Positions 8,382 to 19,700 of a stretch of 64,000 nucleotides of DNA are shown here, piece by piece; the first letter of the stretch is position 1; each line of letters starts with the position of its first letter. The DNA comes from a virus, in IMG/VR virus record IMGVR_UViG_3300033552_000002, positions 1 to 64,000 of that record; one strand, written 5' to 3'. Position numbers and translations under genes: made by a program. The notes beneath the pieces are model-generated. The model did no database searches. It saw only the letters and a program-made list of their open reading frames with translations, and was not told the origin of the DNA.

Positions 8382-8397
8382 CAATATTGTCAGCTAT

Positions 8398-8469
8398 TAT
8401 CTTATAGTGTAATTGGTAACACAACTGCCTTTGAAGTAGTTATTTTAGGTTCGAGTCCTGATAAGATAA
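8398..8469 (+). tRNA. tRNA-Gln (anticodon UUG)
   Basis: Acceptor TATCTTA/TAAGATA; D arm GTGT-AATTGGTA-ACAC; anticodon arm ACTGC-CTTTGAA-GTAGT; T arm TTAGG-TTCGAGT-CCTGA. Confidence 0.8.
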
Positions 8470-8517
8470 CAAGTTAACTCTTTTAAAGAGACAGGAGAGA
8501 GGAGAGTAGCCTTACTA

Positions 8518-8590
8518 GCGTGGATGGCAGATATGGTATATGCACTGGTTTGAAGAACCAGCTATAGAGGTTCGAGTCCTCTTCCTCGCA
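8518..8590 (+). tRNA. tRNA-Phe (anticodon GAA)
   Basis: Acceptor GCGTGGA/TCCTCGC (one U-U mismatch); anticodon arm CTGGT-TTGAAGA-ACCAG; T arm AGAGG-TTCGAGT-CCTCT. Confidence 0.75.
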
Positions 8591-8627
8591 CTATATGTGT
8601 GTTATAACTATAATAAAAAATATAAAT

Positions 8628-8813
8628 ATGGCAAAAATAATAGTATTAGGTGTATCTAAAAAAATGATAGATACTAAACTGATGTTACACAGATTCGGGG
8701 CACATCTTAGATTTAATTCTCAGGAATTACTTGATAAGGCAGTGAAATTGGGTTTTGATAAAGAATTTTGGGAAAAAAGAAACTATCCTAATAAAGTAGA
8801 GATTAGCAAGTAA
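8628..8813 (+). CDS. hypothetical small protein embedded in the tRNA array (61 aa from the second ATG; the ORF track starts at 8595)
   Basis: The ORF track gives 8595..8813, but 8595 lies 5 nt after tRNA-Phe. The internal ATG at 8628 (MAKIIVLGV...) is preferred. Confidence 0.45.
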   Translation: MAKIIVLGVSKKMIDTKLMLHRFGAHLRFNSQELLDKAVKLGFDKEFWEKRNYPNKVEISK

Positions 8814-8824
8814 TACACATACAT

Positions 8825-8898
8825 GGTGATTGTAGCTGAATTGGTAAAGCACCTGATTGTGGTTCAGGAGATTGTGGGTTCAAGTCCCACCTTTCACA
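8825..8898 (+). tRNA. tRNA-His (anticodon GUG) with extra 5' G(-1); imperfect acceptor
   Basis: Anticodon arm CCTGA-TTGTGGT-TCAGG; T arm GTGGG-TTCAAGT-CCCAC; G at -1 as expected for His. The acceptor GTGATTG/CTTTCAC has two U-U mismatches and the discriminator is A. Confidence 0.6.
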
Positions 8899-8995
8899 CA
8901 AAATAGTAAGCGGACTCAGTAGTGTGGGCAGTACCTTTTAATGGTATGGAACAAAGAAGATGTGATGTAATTTCACTCCTTATTATTTTTATTAG

Positions 8996-9036
8996 AAAAG
9001 CAGAAGTGAAATAAACCTCACTTCTGCTTCTTTTTT
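8996..9036. terminator. bidirectional hairpin terminator at the convergent junction
   Basis: GCAGAAGTGA (9000-9009) pairs with TCACTTCTGC (9018-9027). It is flanked by an A run on the left and a T run on the right, between the plus-strand block and the stop of the 1578-aa minus-strand gene (9040). Confidence 0.75.
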
Positions 9037-9039
9037 ACT

Positions 9040-12000
9040 TTACTGTTCTATCAAATCTTGATCTTCATCATAGTTTTCTATATCAGGATTTCCACTTTCA
9101 AGGTTAGCCTGTTTCTTAGCTTCTCTTTTAATTTTGTCCTGTTCTGAAGAAGTTAGTTCATTAAAATCTACATCATTATCTTTTTCATAATCTTCAATGA
9201 AGTCTTGTCTTATTTCATTTCTTTTTTCAGTATTAGCTTTCTTATCTTCTTTATAATCAGAATCAAATAAACCATCTGTAATTTCTGTTTTATCCCATTC
9301 TGTAAGCATTGAATTTTCAAATCCAAATCTGTAAGTATCTTGTCCAATTCCTCTAAACAAAGAAGGTACAAACATAGCTCTTACAGCATTTCCTAATTTA
9401 TTTTGTCCTTGTCTAGGCCCTTTCTGTACTTCATCAAAAGGAGACAATACAGCTTTACTTAATTTATTCATAGCTTTGATCTGAGATTCTACTCCACCTT
9501 CAGTTCCAGAAGAGTAAAGTGCCATAGGGTCTACAGCAAGTGTAGTTTCACTAATAGTTTGAGTCCACATATTTTCAAAGAAATTATATACTTCTTTATT
9601 TTCAGCCTTAGCTTTTTGTTGAGCATCAAAATTAGCTCTTTGTAAACTACCTTCTTTACCTTTAGGTACATCTTCTTCTCCATCTCCCAACATGGCAGCC
9701 ATTGATAGTTTCACTAAAGCTACTAACAATATAGTCTGCATATTTCTAGATAAAAGTCTTATATCCTTAGCTTCCTGTTCTGTAAGGGGGCCTAGACTTA
9801 TAGGTTTGATTAATTCTTTGCCTACTACAGTATTTACAGGCATCTCCAGATAAGCTTTAGGGCTCATACTAAGTTTAAGTACATACAAAAGTTGTTGCAT
9901 TATAGCAATAGGTTCAGTTTGATTTACTCCTAATAAAGCTGTAGAACTTTTATTTGATGCATACTTTGCATAACCAGCTCCAAGAGCAATTCCACCTAGA
10001 CTTATTCCAGCTAATATAGGTGAGATTGTCAGTGCTCCTAATCCTGCTGTTACACCTAATATTACACCTGCAGCTACAGAAGTTCTCTTATTAAGTAAAC
10101 TAGCCAGCAAATAGCCTGTTTCTTCTTCACCAGTAAGTATATTCTTTTGTTTGTATCTCCATCTAGAAGATAAATATCTAGGTAGCCAAGTTTTAAAAGT
10201 TGCTAAAGGTTTTGTTATTAAACTTCCTTTGATTCTAGTTACTCCATATTTAGTATAATCCCCATTCATACTATTGTTCATATTTTCAACATCTAGTTTC
10301 CAATTTCCAATATCTTCAGAAGTTGTATCTATGAAATGTTCTCTGTTTGCTGGAGTGTCAAATTCAGGTTTGAGTTTCAAAACTCCATTTTCAATAGTAT
10401 ATGCAACAAAATTATCTCCATTATGGAAATCATGTTCTACACCATTTACATCTTTTATAAACAAATCCATTGCCATACAAAGAATCCCTTTAACCTGATT
10501 CCTATTTTCTACCTTTTCAGTTAAATAATTAGGTTGTGTCCAGTTTGCTCTATTTTTTATTTCAGCCTCAGCTTTCTGTAATTCATTGGTTCCAGTTTCA
10601 ACTATATTAAGCTTATCAATAAACAATTTAGTAATGTCATATTCTCTTTGAAAACTTGGTACTATCTTTCTATTGGTCCATTTTAAATCTACAGTATGTT
10701 GTATTTTATATATATTACCTTTTTTCCAGAATTCACCATCCCTTGTTAATGCTGCTATAAAACCTTGTCTATAGTTATTTAAAGCTGCCAAAGCATTAAA
10801 ACCTAAACCTACTTTAACTCTTAATTTATTTACCACATTGTCCCACAATGCACTTACCATGTAATCTTTACCTAAAATACCTAATCTACTTTCTATGTTT
10901 GCTTTTTCTTGAAGTAATTCTTCTTTTCTGGTTCCTGTTGCAGTTAAAAGATCATTTTCAATTCTACTTAAGCTTTTTATTGCAGAATTATAAATTATTT
11001 TTTCTTCTTTATTAAAGTTTTTATAATAGAGTTTAGTAATGTTAAGAACATTTACATCTTGTTTATTCATTAAGTCTATAAGCTCTTTACTACCATTCCA
11101 GAAATGCTTTTTTTCATTCTTATTAAGAATAACTTGATCATAAAAAAAATCTTGTCTTTTAATTTCATTTTCTCTGTCTTTTCCTTGAGTTTGAAAAGCT
11201 GTATTCCTGGCCACTTTAATTTTACCACTATTCAATCTGTAAATATTAGTTTCATCTTTAGACTCAGTTTTAGCTTTATGGTCTGCAGAAAGTTCTAATA
11301 AACCTTTCAACATAATTGGAAGATTTAAAGACTGTTGCTGCATAATTTTTATCTGAGAAAAAATCTTTAAAGATGGTGTAGTAAAAGTGTCATTTCCACC
11401 TACTTTATCAATAAAGTCATATTCATTTATAGCTCCAGTAACTTTAATTATGTCATTTTTCTGTTTTTGAGAAAGACCTTTCCAGGAAATTTTAGTTTTA
11501 GGTAATAAAGTGTTACCTAATATGTTAGATATTTCAGTTTTAAGTAAACCAAAATCTGCTTGTATCTGACTTTCTACTGTTTTTATTTCATGTGATAGGG
11601 CCACTACATCTTCTTTAGATGTAATTCTGCTTTTATCACTAAAAATATTTTTCCAGAAACCAAGTAAATTAGTGTATTTAAGTAAACCTTCTACTAGAAA
11701 ATCTTTATTTGATTTATTTATAACTTGTTGAGTTATACCCTTTTGAAAGTCTAATATAGAGTAGTGATTCAATTTCATATTTGAATCTACAAAATTTTCA
11801 TTTATCTTTAGAATACCAGCTCTAGAAGCTTTCCAAAGATTATGTAATGGAGCATTATTTTCAAAGTTCTCAAACTGAGAATCATAAAAATTATTTTGCA
11901 TGCCAAGACTGTTCACTCTCTTTGGTATAAAAGTGTTATAGGTTAAATAAGCAGGTTTTGCATTATTTTGTGTACCTTGAGTTATTACAACCATATTACC

Positions 12001-13776
12001 TAACCCAGCCTTATAGGTTTTAATAAAATTTACAGGATTATTTTTCTGATCATAGTTATTGATATTATCTTTATTGATGTCAGTTAGTTCATCAAAAGTT
12101 TGTACATCTTCCATTACAAGTTTAGTTGTAACAAAAGCATTATACTTATCCATGTATTTGTCTATTAAATCTCTTTGGTTTTGAACAAGTACTTCATACT
12201 CTTCGTTTCCAATTTTACTTATAATTTCTTGTTTATAAGCTTCTGCTTGTTGAGTGTTTCCACCTTTAAAATTATCATATAAAGGACTTATATGTATGTC
12301 ATGGAGTAATGTAGGGTCTATAAATTCAACATTGCTGTCTAAAAGTTCAAATTTATCAGTAAGTAACTGTTCCATTTTAGCAAAATCTCTTTCATCAGAA
12401 GCTAATTTAAAATCTGAAGTAAACTTTTTTTGCATTGAATTAATAGTTCTTTCCCAGTGTTTAGAAAATTTACTTACTAATTCTGGTATACCTAAACCAT
12501 TTTCTTTTCTGTACATCCAAGTATAATCATAGAACTTTTTACCTTTATAGGTAAAGAATTTATTTTGATTATTTAATTCTTCTTCAGCTCCTGCAATAGT
12601 GCTGTCTATGGCTGTTAATAGAGGATTTATTTTACCTCTTTCAGCATGCCTTTTCTTAATATATTCTATTACTGTAATATTTTCAATTAGATTATTCTCA
12701 GTAACTAAGTTTTGACCTGAAGTAAATACAAAAGATTCTAGAAAACTTACATCTTGCATATTTTCTAACAGCTTATCTTTAACCTCCTCTAGTGTTTTTC
12801 CAGGATATAATTTCAATAAGCTATTTTCATTTTTTTCAAGTAACTTTAAAAAAGCATTATCAATAACAGTATCTAGATCATTCTCTAAATCTGTTAGATG
12901 TGTTTCTATATGTCTTCTAAGGTTATCAGTTTGTGCATCAAAAGATTCTCCTGACTTTAAACCAAATAAATCTTGAGTAACATCATCTTTTTTAGATACA
13001 TTTTTTCTAGTCTTCTTCAAATACTCTAGCAAATCCTTAGCTAAGAAGACATTATTTAAATCAGTTGATTCTAAAAGACTATTAATAAGAGCTATATCTT
13101 TATCAAAAAACTTTCTAATCAACTCAAATTTATCTGGAGTATTAGTATACTGTTCCAAATCATCTTCTAAGTCTGATTTTATTTTATTAAACTTACTAAT
13201 CTTAGCTGACAAAGCATTATTATTATGTACAGTTCTTTCATTGTACAATTTAGTAACAGTTTTAGTTACTTTTTTCAATAATGTTTGCTTGTGCTTTATA
13301 TAGTCTTCATAAGAAAGAGGAACCACATTAGTGGTTTGTGAACTAGCTATAAGACTATCAGATACATCTTCTACAGTGTCAAAAAGATTACCTTCATCAT
13401 TAATATTTTGACCTGCTTCATTGTTTATTCTATTTAAAGCATTTATTCTACCTGCTTCAGCTTCTTGTTCAGCTTCTTTTATGCTTTCTTCAGTTTTATA
13501 ATCTTCAACTATAACATCTAATTTTTCAAATGCAGCTTTGTTAAAGACTAATGAATACAGGTTAACTGTTCCTGTAGCAGTAGCATCAGGAGCATTTTTA
13601 AACTTTAAAGTAAATAAGTTTTCAGTAAAGCCATATTTTCTTCCAGCATAAGCTTGCCAAGTTTTAAGCAAAGCTTCTAGTTCAGTGTAATTAGATTCAT
13701 TAACACTATTTTTATCCCCTACAAAACCTTTCTTTACAAGGTCTTGTCTAACATTTGTTAAGGTATTACAGCTCAT
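9040..13776 (-). CDS. very large virion/ejection-type protein (1578 aa) with C-terminal Gly-zipper membrane segment
   Basis: Uninterrupted 4.7-kb ORF that starts 1 nt after the stop of the 4382-aa gene. Hydrophobic Gly/Ala-rich segment VAAGVILGVTAGLGALTISPILAGISLGGIALGAGY (about 9958-10080), and an acidic C-terminal tail. Confidence 0.6.
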   Translation of the reverse strand: MSCNTLTNVRQDLVKKGFVGDKNSVNESNYTELEALLKTWQAYAGRKYGFTENLFTLKFKNAPDATATGTVNLYSLVFNKAAFEKLDVIVEDYKTEESIKEAEQEAEAGRINALNRINNEAGQNINDEGNLFDTVEDVSDSLIASSQTTNVVPLSYEDYIKHKQTLLKKVTKTVTKLYNERTVHNNNALSAKISKFNKIKSDLEDDLEQYTNTPDKFELIRKFFDKDIALINSLLESTDLNNVFLAKDLLEYLKKTRKNVSKKDDVTQDLFGLKSGESFDAQTDNLRRHIETHLTDLENDLDTVIDNAFLKLLEKNENSLLKLYPGKTLEEVKDKLLENMQDVSFLESFVFTSGQNLVTENNLIENITVIEYIKKRHAERGKINPLLTAIDSTIAGAEEELNNQNKFFTYKGKKFYDYTWMYRKENGLGIPELVSKFSKHWERTINSMQKKFTSDFKLASDERDFAKMEQLLTDKFELLDSNVEFIDPTLLHDIHISPLYDNFKGGNTQQAEAYKQEIISKIGNEEYEVLVQNQRDLIDKYMDKYNAFVTTKLVMEDVQTFDELTDINKDNINNYDQKNNPVNFIKTYKAGLGNMVVITQGTQNNAKPAYLTYNTFIPKRVNSLGMQNNFYDSQFENFENNAPLHNLWKASRAGILKINENFVDSNMKLNHYSILDFQKGITQQVINKSNKDFLVEGLLKYTNLLGFWKNIFSDKSRITSKEDVVALSHEIKTVESQIQADFGLLKTEISNILGNTLLPKTKISWKGLSQKQKNDIIKVTGAINEYDFIDKVGGNDTFTTPSLKIFSQIKIMQQQSLNLPIMLKGLLELSADHKAKTESKDETNIYRLNSGKIKVARNTAFQTQGKDRENEIKRQDFFYDQVILNKNEKKHFWNGSKELIDLMNKQDVNVLNITKLYYKNFNKEEKIIYNSAIKSLSRIENDLLTATGTRKEELLQEKANIESRLGILGKDYMVSALWDNVVNKLRVKVGLGFNALAALNNYRQGFIAALTRDGEFWKKGNIYKIQHTVDLKWTNRKIVPSFQREYDITKLFIDKLNIVETGTNELQKAEAEIKNRANWTQPNYLTEKVENRNQVKGILCMAMDLFIKDVNGVEHDFHNGDNFVAYTIENGVLKLKPEFDTPANREHFIDTTSEDIGNWKLDVENMNNSMNGDYTKYGVTRIKGSLITKPLATFKTWLPRYLSSRWRYKQKNILTGEEETGYLLASLLNKRTSVAAGVILGVTAGLGALTISPILAGISLGGIALGAGYAKYASNKSSTALLGVNQTEPIAIMQQLLYVLKLSMSPKAYLEMPVNTVVGKELIKPISLGPLTEQEAKDIRLLSRNMQTILLVALVKLSMAAMLGDGEEDVPKGKEGSLQRANFDAQQKAKAENKEVYNFFENMWTQTISETTLAVDPMALYSSGTEGGVESQIKAMNKLSKAVLSPFDEVQKGPRQGQNKLGNAVRAMFVPSLFRGIGQDTYRFGFENSMLTEWDKTEITDGLFDSDYKEDKKANTEKRNEIRQDFIEDYEKDNDVDFNELTSSEQDKIKREAKKQANLESGNPDIENYDEDQDLIEQ

Positions 13777-13777
13777 A

Positions 13778-16700
13778 TTATTTACAATTAAATGGGTCCA
13801 TTTCTTCTTCAGGCAAATTTACTTCATTTTCAGTAACTTCAGATACATTATCTTCCCTTTTTACTTCTCTACTAGTATCTGCAGCACTTAAAGCCTGTTC
13901 ATTAGCATTAGCTTTTTCCATTTCATACTGAGAACTCATGTCCATCATAGCTAAATATTCTATTTCCATTCTATTATTAGCCTCTTGCTGTACAAAGTTA
14001 AAAGAACTCATAACAGCTTCTTTAGCAATAGTATTATCTTTAAGACCTGGATATATAGCTTCTAAAACATCTAAAATATTTTTCTTAATTCTTTCCCATA
14101 TTGATTCTCCAGACTGTCTGTATTCTACTTTATTCATCTCTTCTTGAAACATAAAAGAAGTAAGTGATACAGTGATAAATTCTTGAATACTAACACCAGC
14201 ATAAATTAATTCTCTTTCTCTATTGGTATATTCCTTGGATCCAAATGAGTCTTTACCACCCTTCATTTTAATATCTAGATTACTGATTTCATTTTTAAAT
14301 TTATTTCTAAAGTGATTAAAAGACAATACTAAATTAGTTACATGGGCAGGTATAGTAACACCTTTCTTTAGAGTAATTCCATCAGTTTCAAAATATTGAA
14401 AAACTTCATTAACACTTAAAGTATGTATAAGTTCATGTATAAATACTAGAGCAGTTCTATCTTTAGATACATCAGTAGTATAAATTGGATTAAGATTAAT
14501 ATCTAAACTTACTCTAAAAGCCTCTCCTTCATTGTTTATGCCAGGTGTCATTCTAAGTTTAGAAGTTTCTCTTTTATCTATGTCACCTTTTTTAACCAGT
14601 GGAAGTAACCATTTAGCAGCTTCTATTAAATGAGTATATTCTGAGCTTAAATCAGCATTAGAAATCTGAGTTAGTAAATCTGTATAGCTAGTGTTTTCAT
14701 CAATAACAAAAGCATCATTTTGACCTAAAAATGCATCAGATTCAGGTAATTTAGCTACTACAGGTAAAACAGTGGTATTAATCCCCACTACATTTTCATT
14801 TTTCCATTCATACTCAGCTACACCTTTATTACCTAAAACATCTATCTTATGATACAAACTATTTCCAGCATGCTCATACAGACCATATCTATCTAAATCT
14901 CCTTTTCTACCTTTAATTGATATAAAAGCAGGACTCTTTCCTTCTTTATTTAAGTAGTTAAATGTGTTTCCTTGCTCATTTTTTTTATCTTTATAAGATG
15001 CTTTAGGAGCCTTATCTGGATTATGTTGGAAATACTGTCTAGTAAAAGTACTGGTGGTATCTTCTTTCATTCCCAAAGCCACTTCAAAGATATTATTACC
15101 TTCTCTAATCTTTTGTAGCTTAGAACTAAAGAATTGAAGTTTTCTGTTAGCTGGCACAAATTTATTATCTGGGCCTTCATACATACCTACACTTTCTAAA
15201 TACTCTACAGGAACAAATTTTACAAATTCAGTAGCTTTTTGAATACCACCTTGTAAGTAAGCATAACTTGCTAAATCCTGAGCTAGTAACCTAGTAGAAT
15301 ATGGTTGCCCATTTCTATCAGGTAAAACTTCATCATCAATTATTAAGTTTGGAATAGAATTGTACAAATCTTCTTCATCAAGATTATCAGTAACTGTATT
15401 GTTATACTTAATTAATGAAAGTTCATTTTCAGTCACACCAGTTTCATAGCTGAAAGTTTTAATTAATGGATTTTGATTAATACTTTTAACTGCTCTTCTA
15501 TATGTTTTATCAGTGTTTCTTAATGTATTTTTCAAGTAAGTAGAAAGTGATGTGTTATCATCAGTATCTTTAAATAACTCAAATCTCTTGGCCTTAGGGT
15601 CAATATTAAAAATGTTGTTTTCTTTTCTTGAGTAAACATATTTTTTAATGTTTTCAACTATATCTTCAAAATTCTCAATAACAACTGAATCAGAAGCTTC
15701 TTGTTTACCTTGTACAGCCAGTATTTCCTTAACTACATTTATTATAGCAGGGTCTTGGTAAGGAAAAAAATCTTGATAAATAGTATTACCTAAATTAAAT
15801 CCATTAATTACAATTTGGCCTTGAGGTGTGTTAGCTGTTACATAGTAATCACCTATCCAGACACCATCAGTTTTATCTCCTTGTTCAGTAGCAAAATCAC
15901 CTAATAATACAGCTACATTACCTATAACTTTATTCTTTGGTAAAACTTTTAATGCTTCATACTTTAACTGAGATTCAATCATAGATTTACCTAAACTATT
16001 AGCATTAATAGTTTTCTGAACTGTAGAAAGAGCCCTAGCTTGTTTTTCAAGAGATATATATAAGTCTAGTGCAAGTAATTGAATTGCATCATCTTTTCCA
16101 TTAAATTCTATACCATCAAGTAAAGCTTTACCGTCTAAAGCAGAAAAAGAAATTGTTTTAACTAAGTCTCCACTTGCATCTACAGTACTTACTACCCCTG
16201 TACCTAGTTTAAAAACATTCTTAGAATCAGCTCCGTACTTCTTTGTTAGTTCATCAATTAATGCTTCTTCTTTTAAAAAAGTGCCCAATATACCTTTACT
16301 ATCTTTTTTCCTTTTATTAAATTCTTTGATAATAGGTTGAGACAATAACATGTAAGGAATAGAATTTCCATTTTCATCTTTATCAAATCCAAGTAATGTC
16401 AAGTAAGCATCTACATTAATAGTGGCATCATTAACACCTACTCTACCAAGTACTTGCTCTTTTTCATTATCTGTAGCAGTATTTTCTTTTTCAGCAAATA
16501 CATCAGCAATACTTCTTTGGTATTTTTTCCATGTAGCATAACCTCCTATAGGAGAAAGTGTCGTACTCATACCTAAAGTACCATCAGAGTTGAATTTACC
16601 TATATTAATTTCAGCTGGATTACCCTCTTCATCTTGAATATAAACATCTTCTCCTGTATTTTGTTGAAGTAAACCATTGAAAGTAGTATAGTTAGCATAT

Positions 16701-19700
16701 ACTCCAATTGCTACTTTACCAATACTTCCCAAGTCCATTTTACTTTTTTGGTAACTTCCAGTTAGTAATGTAAAGTTTAATTGTTTTTCATCATATAATG
16801 TTCCAGCTTGCTCAGGTGTTAGACCTGTGTTTTTTGCATCATTAATTTCAGCATTTCTCTTACCTTCTTCATTTAATTTTTCAATAATATTGGCTTGATC
16901 TTTAGCAAAATCAATAGACAAAATCTTATTGGTTTTCTTTTGAATTTCATTGTTAGTACTATTAAATACAGCTAAGTGACTTTTAATAAACTCATTTTCA
17001 GCTAGTTTTATTTCTAAATCTAATGTAAGTTTACTAAGTTTTTGTGCTGGCTCCAATTGAGGTAACATTAAAGTCTCTAAAGATTCTTCATCTAACATAT
17101 TACCAAAAGAGTTCTCATTTATAAATTGTGTAAACAATTCATTAAAGGCATTAGATTTAGAAGAAATATAGGTATTCTCTCTGTTAAATTCAGCAATCTT
17201 ATCTTTTAGTTTCTGAGTAATTTCATTAACACTTTCTTGAGTTAATGGAACTATTTGACCTGCTTCATTAACATAATGATTAAGTTGATAAGCAGATTCT
17301 TTGTCAATATCATAATCAAGACCTTTTTGTTTAGTAAAGTTTTTAGGTACTATCATTAAATCTCCTACTTCTGGAGGTAATATACCAGCAATCTCTACAC
17401 TTGAGCCAGATACGTGAGAAGATGTAGGAGTTCTAAATGTAAACATATTCATAAGTTCAGGAGAAATAGCTCCTTCTTTTAGTCCTAATGTACCATTATC
17501 TCTTCTGTAAATATATTTACCTTCTTTAGTAGTTTCACTAAATCCTTCAAATAAGTTTATAAGCTGCTTATTAGCATCTTTAAATTTAGATGGTACAAAT
17601 ATCTGATTTTTACTTAATACTGTCTTACCATCCTCTGTTGTAGTTGTGTGAGCACCTTGAAGTTCTTTACCATTCCAATTGTCAAGGTAAATAATTCTAG
17701 ACTTTTCAATTCCTTCTAACTCTGACTTAAATTTAAATCCACTTTCAGAACCTGCTATAAATCCATTACCAGGCATTTTGTGTTTCATTAATCTATTAGT
17801 GATAATAGAATTTAGTAATGATTCATATCTGTTGCTATCAGAAGATAACCATAATGGAGTTTTAAATTCATAGTAAAATCCAGCCTTAGACTCTAATTGC
17901 TCTATAGTAAGACCTGCTAAAGATTTTATACTGTAGCCTCTAGAAGATGCTTCTTTATATAAAAGTTCTTGTAAGCTAACCATGAAAGTATTCTGGTTAA
18001 CTATTTTACCATCAGGTGCTAAACCTAATTCTAAGAATAGGCCAGCTTTTTTATTCTGTACTATAGTAGTAAAAGATTTGTTGTAGTGATTATACAGCTC
18101 TTTACCTGTAACCATTTCACCATTTAAAGGAAAATGAGCAAATTTATCTCTGTTCTCTTCTGTATAATTTTCAACTACTCCATCTCCAAATAACAATTTA
18201 AAGAATTGAGTACCCATAGATACTTTGTCATCTTGTTTTTTATCAGACTTAAAAGGTACATCCTGTTGAATTCTAAAATTATCTCTTTTAAGTACTAATA
18301 CTCTAGAATCAGATTCATCATTTAATGCAGTATTACTATCAATAGAATCTAAGCTTACTAGTGAATTTACATCAAAAGGATTGATAGTATTTACAGTACT
18401 ACCTACTTTGTTAGCTGTCTGATAAGAAGCTCTAGTAAATCTACCAGTTCTATTTTCCAATCTTTCCATACTGAGTCTAAGTTCATTTAATCTATTTCCT
18501 GCAGTAAGCTGAGGAATTAAAGGAAATGAAGAAGATTTAATATAAACTACTCTGTTAACATCTTGTTTTTTATTAATGTAGGTTCCTGTATGTACAGGTT
18601 TAATAGGTTGGAAAACTAATTCCAATTCTTCTTTAGTTAAATAACCATCTGCAGTAGGATTTCCATTGTTATCTACACTTAATAATTTAGTAGAAATCAA
18701 TTTAAATTCTTCATCAGAAATTCTACCATACCTATGTAACACTGAAATATGTTCTGTAGCTGTAGAATATTCTTGAGCATCAGTAGATTCAATATCAAAG
18801 TAAGCATCTAAGTCAGGATAATTTGTAGCTAAAGTTTTTCTTAAGGAAGCTAAAAGATTTTTGACATTATTATATCTTTCAGGATTTAATCTTAAGATAC
18901 CTTCTTCATGTTTATCTAGTAAAGCTACAGCTTTTGTATACTTATTTAGTAAAGGTTCAGCTTCTTTCATGGCAGTTTCACCATAAAAATTACCAATTAA
19001 ATACTTTGCATTCTCAGTAATATCAATAGAATCTTCTAGGAAAATTTGATTATACTGCTCATTGTAAGAATCAGCAATTTTATTTCCTGGAGCTATTAAT
19101 AAAGCTAATCTTTTACCTAAGTTAACTCCAATTTCCTTGTTTATAGAAATATAGGTAGAGGCTTTTGTGATCTCAGAAGGAGATATTTTTTTACCATCTT
19201 CTTTATAGTTTTTATCTTTACTGTACAAGGCTACATCTCCAGCAAATACTTTAAATATTTCTGAATTAAACAATAGTCCATTAAGAACAAAATCATAAAT
19301 ACCTAATTCATAATCATTGGCTGGATTTTTACCTACTTCAGTAAAATAGTTGCTGTCAAATATATTTGAAATTACTTTACCATTAGAATTAGTTTCTGTG
19401 TAAGGGGCCCATAAAGCTTTTTTATGTTCTACTTCATTTTTAACTACACTCTCAAGAGCATTTACAAATGTATCTTTATATTTTTCTAGTACTTCTTCTA
19501 GAGAAAATTCTAAATCTTGGTTAGCTATTTTAGCTAATATGTTAGTACCATCTTCATCCTTCAAGGTATTCATTATAGGAAGTAAGTGAAACAATTGTGC
19601 TCCATTATCATAATCCTTAATGTTAGTTGCTTTAATTTCTCTATGAAATTTTACTATTCTTTCTAATTCTGGAAGAACTAATTTATCAAAAAGTAATTCT

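Noticed and set aside
8595-8627. The upstream ATG at 8595 as the start of the ORF embedded in the tRNA array.
   Set aside because: It begins 5 nt after the 3' end of tRNA-Phe and adds an odd hydrophobic MCVITIIKNIN extension. The ATG at 8628 is preferred, although neither start can be proven from sequence alone.
8905-8990. A hairpin, GTACC-TTTTAAT-GGTAT (8931-8947), resembles an anticodon arm with anticodon UUA. That would make it an ochre-suppressor tRNA downstream of tRNA-His.
   Set aside because: I could not fold a D arm or a matching acceptor stem, and there is no TTCRA T-loop. The only nearby 4-bp stem has the loop TGTAATT. All long ORFs read through with the standard code and TAA stops, so a suppressor is not needed.
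8971-9027. TTTCACT (8971-8977) could pair with AGTGAAA (9004-9010), competing with the bidirectional terminator stem.
   Set aside because: It is only 7 bp and AU-rich, there is no associated ORF or regulatory logic, and it is likely coincidental.
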